Assembly (NCBI RefSeq): GCF_039654945.1
Contig: NW_027361714.1
Location: 63,612,001-63,676,000 of the forward strand
Direction: 5' to 3'
Source: Dendrobates tinctorius
Lineage: Eukaryota
DNA length: 64,000 nt
Below are positions 62,095 through 64,000 of this stretch, piece by piece (the first letter of the stretch is position 1; the number at the start of each line of letters is the position of its first letter). The notes beneath the pieces are model-generated. The model was given only the letters and a program-made list of their open reading frames with translations. It was not told the DNA's origin and searched no databases. The translations under genes and the position numbers were made by a program.

Positions 62095-64000
62095 CTGCTA
62101 AGATACCTCCTCTTAGCCCCTGTATACAGCATTCTGCAGTAGATACCTCCTGTTAGCCCCTGAATACAGCCTCCTGCAATAGATACCTCCTCTTAGTCTC
62201 TGTACAGGCACCAGCAGATCGCTTCTCTTAGCCCCTGTATACAGCCTCCTGCAGTAGATTTCCCCTCTCAGCCTCTGTATACAGCCTCCTGCAGTAGATA
62301 ACACCTCTTAAGACCTGTATACAGCCTCCTGCAGTAGATAACTCCTCTTAGCACCTGTATACAGCCTCCTGCAGTAGATAACTCCTCTTAGCACCTGTAT
62401 ACAGCCTCCTGCAGTAGATACTTCCTCTTAGCCCCTGTATACAGCCTCCTGCTATAGATACCTCCTCTTATCCCTTGTATACAGTCTCCTGCAGTAGATA
62501 CCTCCTCTTAGCCCCTGTATACAGTCTCCTGCAGTAGATACCTCCTCTTAGCGATTGTATAGTCTCCTGCAGTAGATGCCTCCTCAGCCTCTGTATAGTC
62601 TCCTGCAGTAGATACCTCCTCTTAGCCCTTGTATACAGTCTCCTGCAGTATATACCATCTCTTAGCCTTTGTACACAGTCTCCTGCAGTAGATACCTCCT
62701 CTTAGCCCCTGTATACAGCCTCCTGCAGTAGATACTTCCTCTTAGCCCCTGTATACAGCCTCCTGCTATAGATACCTCCTCTTATCCCTTGTATACAGTC
62801 TCCTGCAGTAGATACCTCCTCTTAGCCCCTGTATACAGCCTCCTGCAGTAGATACCTCCTCTTAGCCCTTGTATACAGCCTCCTGCAGTAGATACCTCCT
62901 CTAAGCCCTTGTATACAGACTCCTCCAGTAGATACCTCCTCTTAGCCCTTGTACGCTGTCTCCTGCAGTAGATACCTCCTCTTAGCCCCTGTAGTCTGCT
63001 GCAGTAGATACCTCCTGTTAGTCCCTGCACACAGCCTCCTGCAGTAGATACCTCCTCTTAGCCCCTGTATACAACCTCCTGCAGCAGATACCTCATCTTA
63101 GCCCATGTATACAGCCTCCTGCAGCAGATATCTCCTCTTAGCCCCTGTATACAGCCTCCTGCAGTAGATACCTCCTCTTAGCCCCTGTATACAGCCTCCT
63201 GCAGTAGATACCTCCTCTTAGCCTCTGTATACAGACTCCTGCAGTAGATACCTTCTCTTAGCCCCTGTATACAGACTCCTGCAGTAGATACCTCCTCTTA
63301 GCCTCTGTATACAGACTCCGGCAGTAGATGCCTCCTCTCAGCCTCTGTATAGTCTCCTGCAGTAGATACCTCCTCTTAGCCTCTGTATACAGTCTCCTGC
63401 AGATCGCTTCTCTTAGCCCCTGTATACAGCCTCCTGTAGTAGATACCTCCTCTTAGCCCCTGTATACAGCCTCCTGCAGTAGATACCTCCTCTTAGCCCT
63501 TGTATACAGCCTCCTGCAGTAGAAACCTCCTCTTAGCCCCTGTATACAGCCTCCTGCAGTAGATACCTCTTCTTAGCCCCTGAATACAGCCTCCTGCAGT
63601 AGATACCTCCTTTGCCCTTGTATACAGCCTCCTGCAGTAGATACCTCCTCTTAGCCCTTGTATACAGTCTCCTGCAGTAGATACCTCCTCTTAGCGATTG
63701 TATAGTCTCCTGCAGTAGATGCCTCCTCAGCCTCTGTATAGTCTCCTGCAGTAGATACCTCCTCTTAGCCTCTGTATACAGTCTCCTGCAGTAGATCGCT
63801 TCTCTTAGCCCCTGTATACAGCCTCCTGTAGTAGCTACCTCCTCTTAGCCCCTGTATACAGCCTCCTGCAGTAGATATCTCCTCTTAGCCCCTGTATACA
63901 GCATCCTGCAGTAGATACCTCCTCTTAGCCCTTGTATACAGTCTCCTGCAGTAGATACCTCCTCCCTGCCCTTGTATACAGTCTCCTGCAGTAGATACCT
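62095..64000. repeat. 40-bp satellite array (gcagtagatacctcctcttagcccctgtatacagcctcct), runs off the window
   Basis: Clear 40-nt periodicity with substitution and deletion variants. Confidence 0.95.

Noticed and set aside
62095-64000. CRISPR-like regular repeat array
   Set aside because: Head-to-tail 40-bp units with no unique spacers, eukaryotic context and no cas genes.

Overview
Eukaryotic (vertebrate, very probably anuran/frog) genomic DNA that is almost entirely nested transposable elements. The only host gene I can support is FAM162B on the + strand: three spliced coding exons at 11625-11733, 29901-30009 and 35009-35086, with the 5' exon(s) upstream of the window. DNA transposons: two large decayed hAT/ZBED-type elements, five Tc1 elements (two near-identical and intact, DD34E, in inverted orientation) and many PIF/Harbinger-, Kolobok- and hAT-type MITEs. 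Retroelements: a near-intact Gmr1-type Gypsy LTR element (SCAN-like gag; PR-IN-RT-RH order), three related solo LTRs with 6-bp TSDs, two Penelope-like (PLE) insertions carrying minimal hammerhead-ribozyme motifs, and CR1, L2, SINE, Gypsy and DIRS remnants. A 40-bp satellite occupies the right end. Most interesting signals: (i) the PLE hammerheads (a C3U/G8A covariant with a palindromic dimer-type helix III; both copies sense to the host gene are damaged, the antisense copy is not); (ii) outward-facing 'two-tailed' PLE insertions with 14-16 bp TSD-like repeats; (iii) MITEs with symmetric consensus 5' splice-site/U1 motifs; (iv) the twin intact Tc1 copies. All calls were made by eye without database searches, so coordinates of degenerate elements are approximate.
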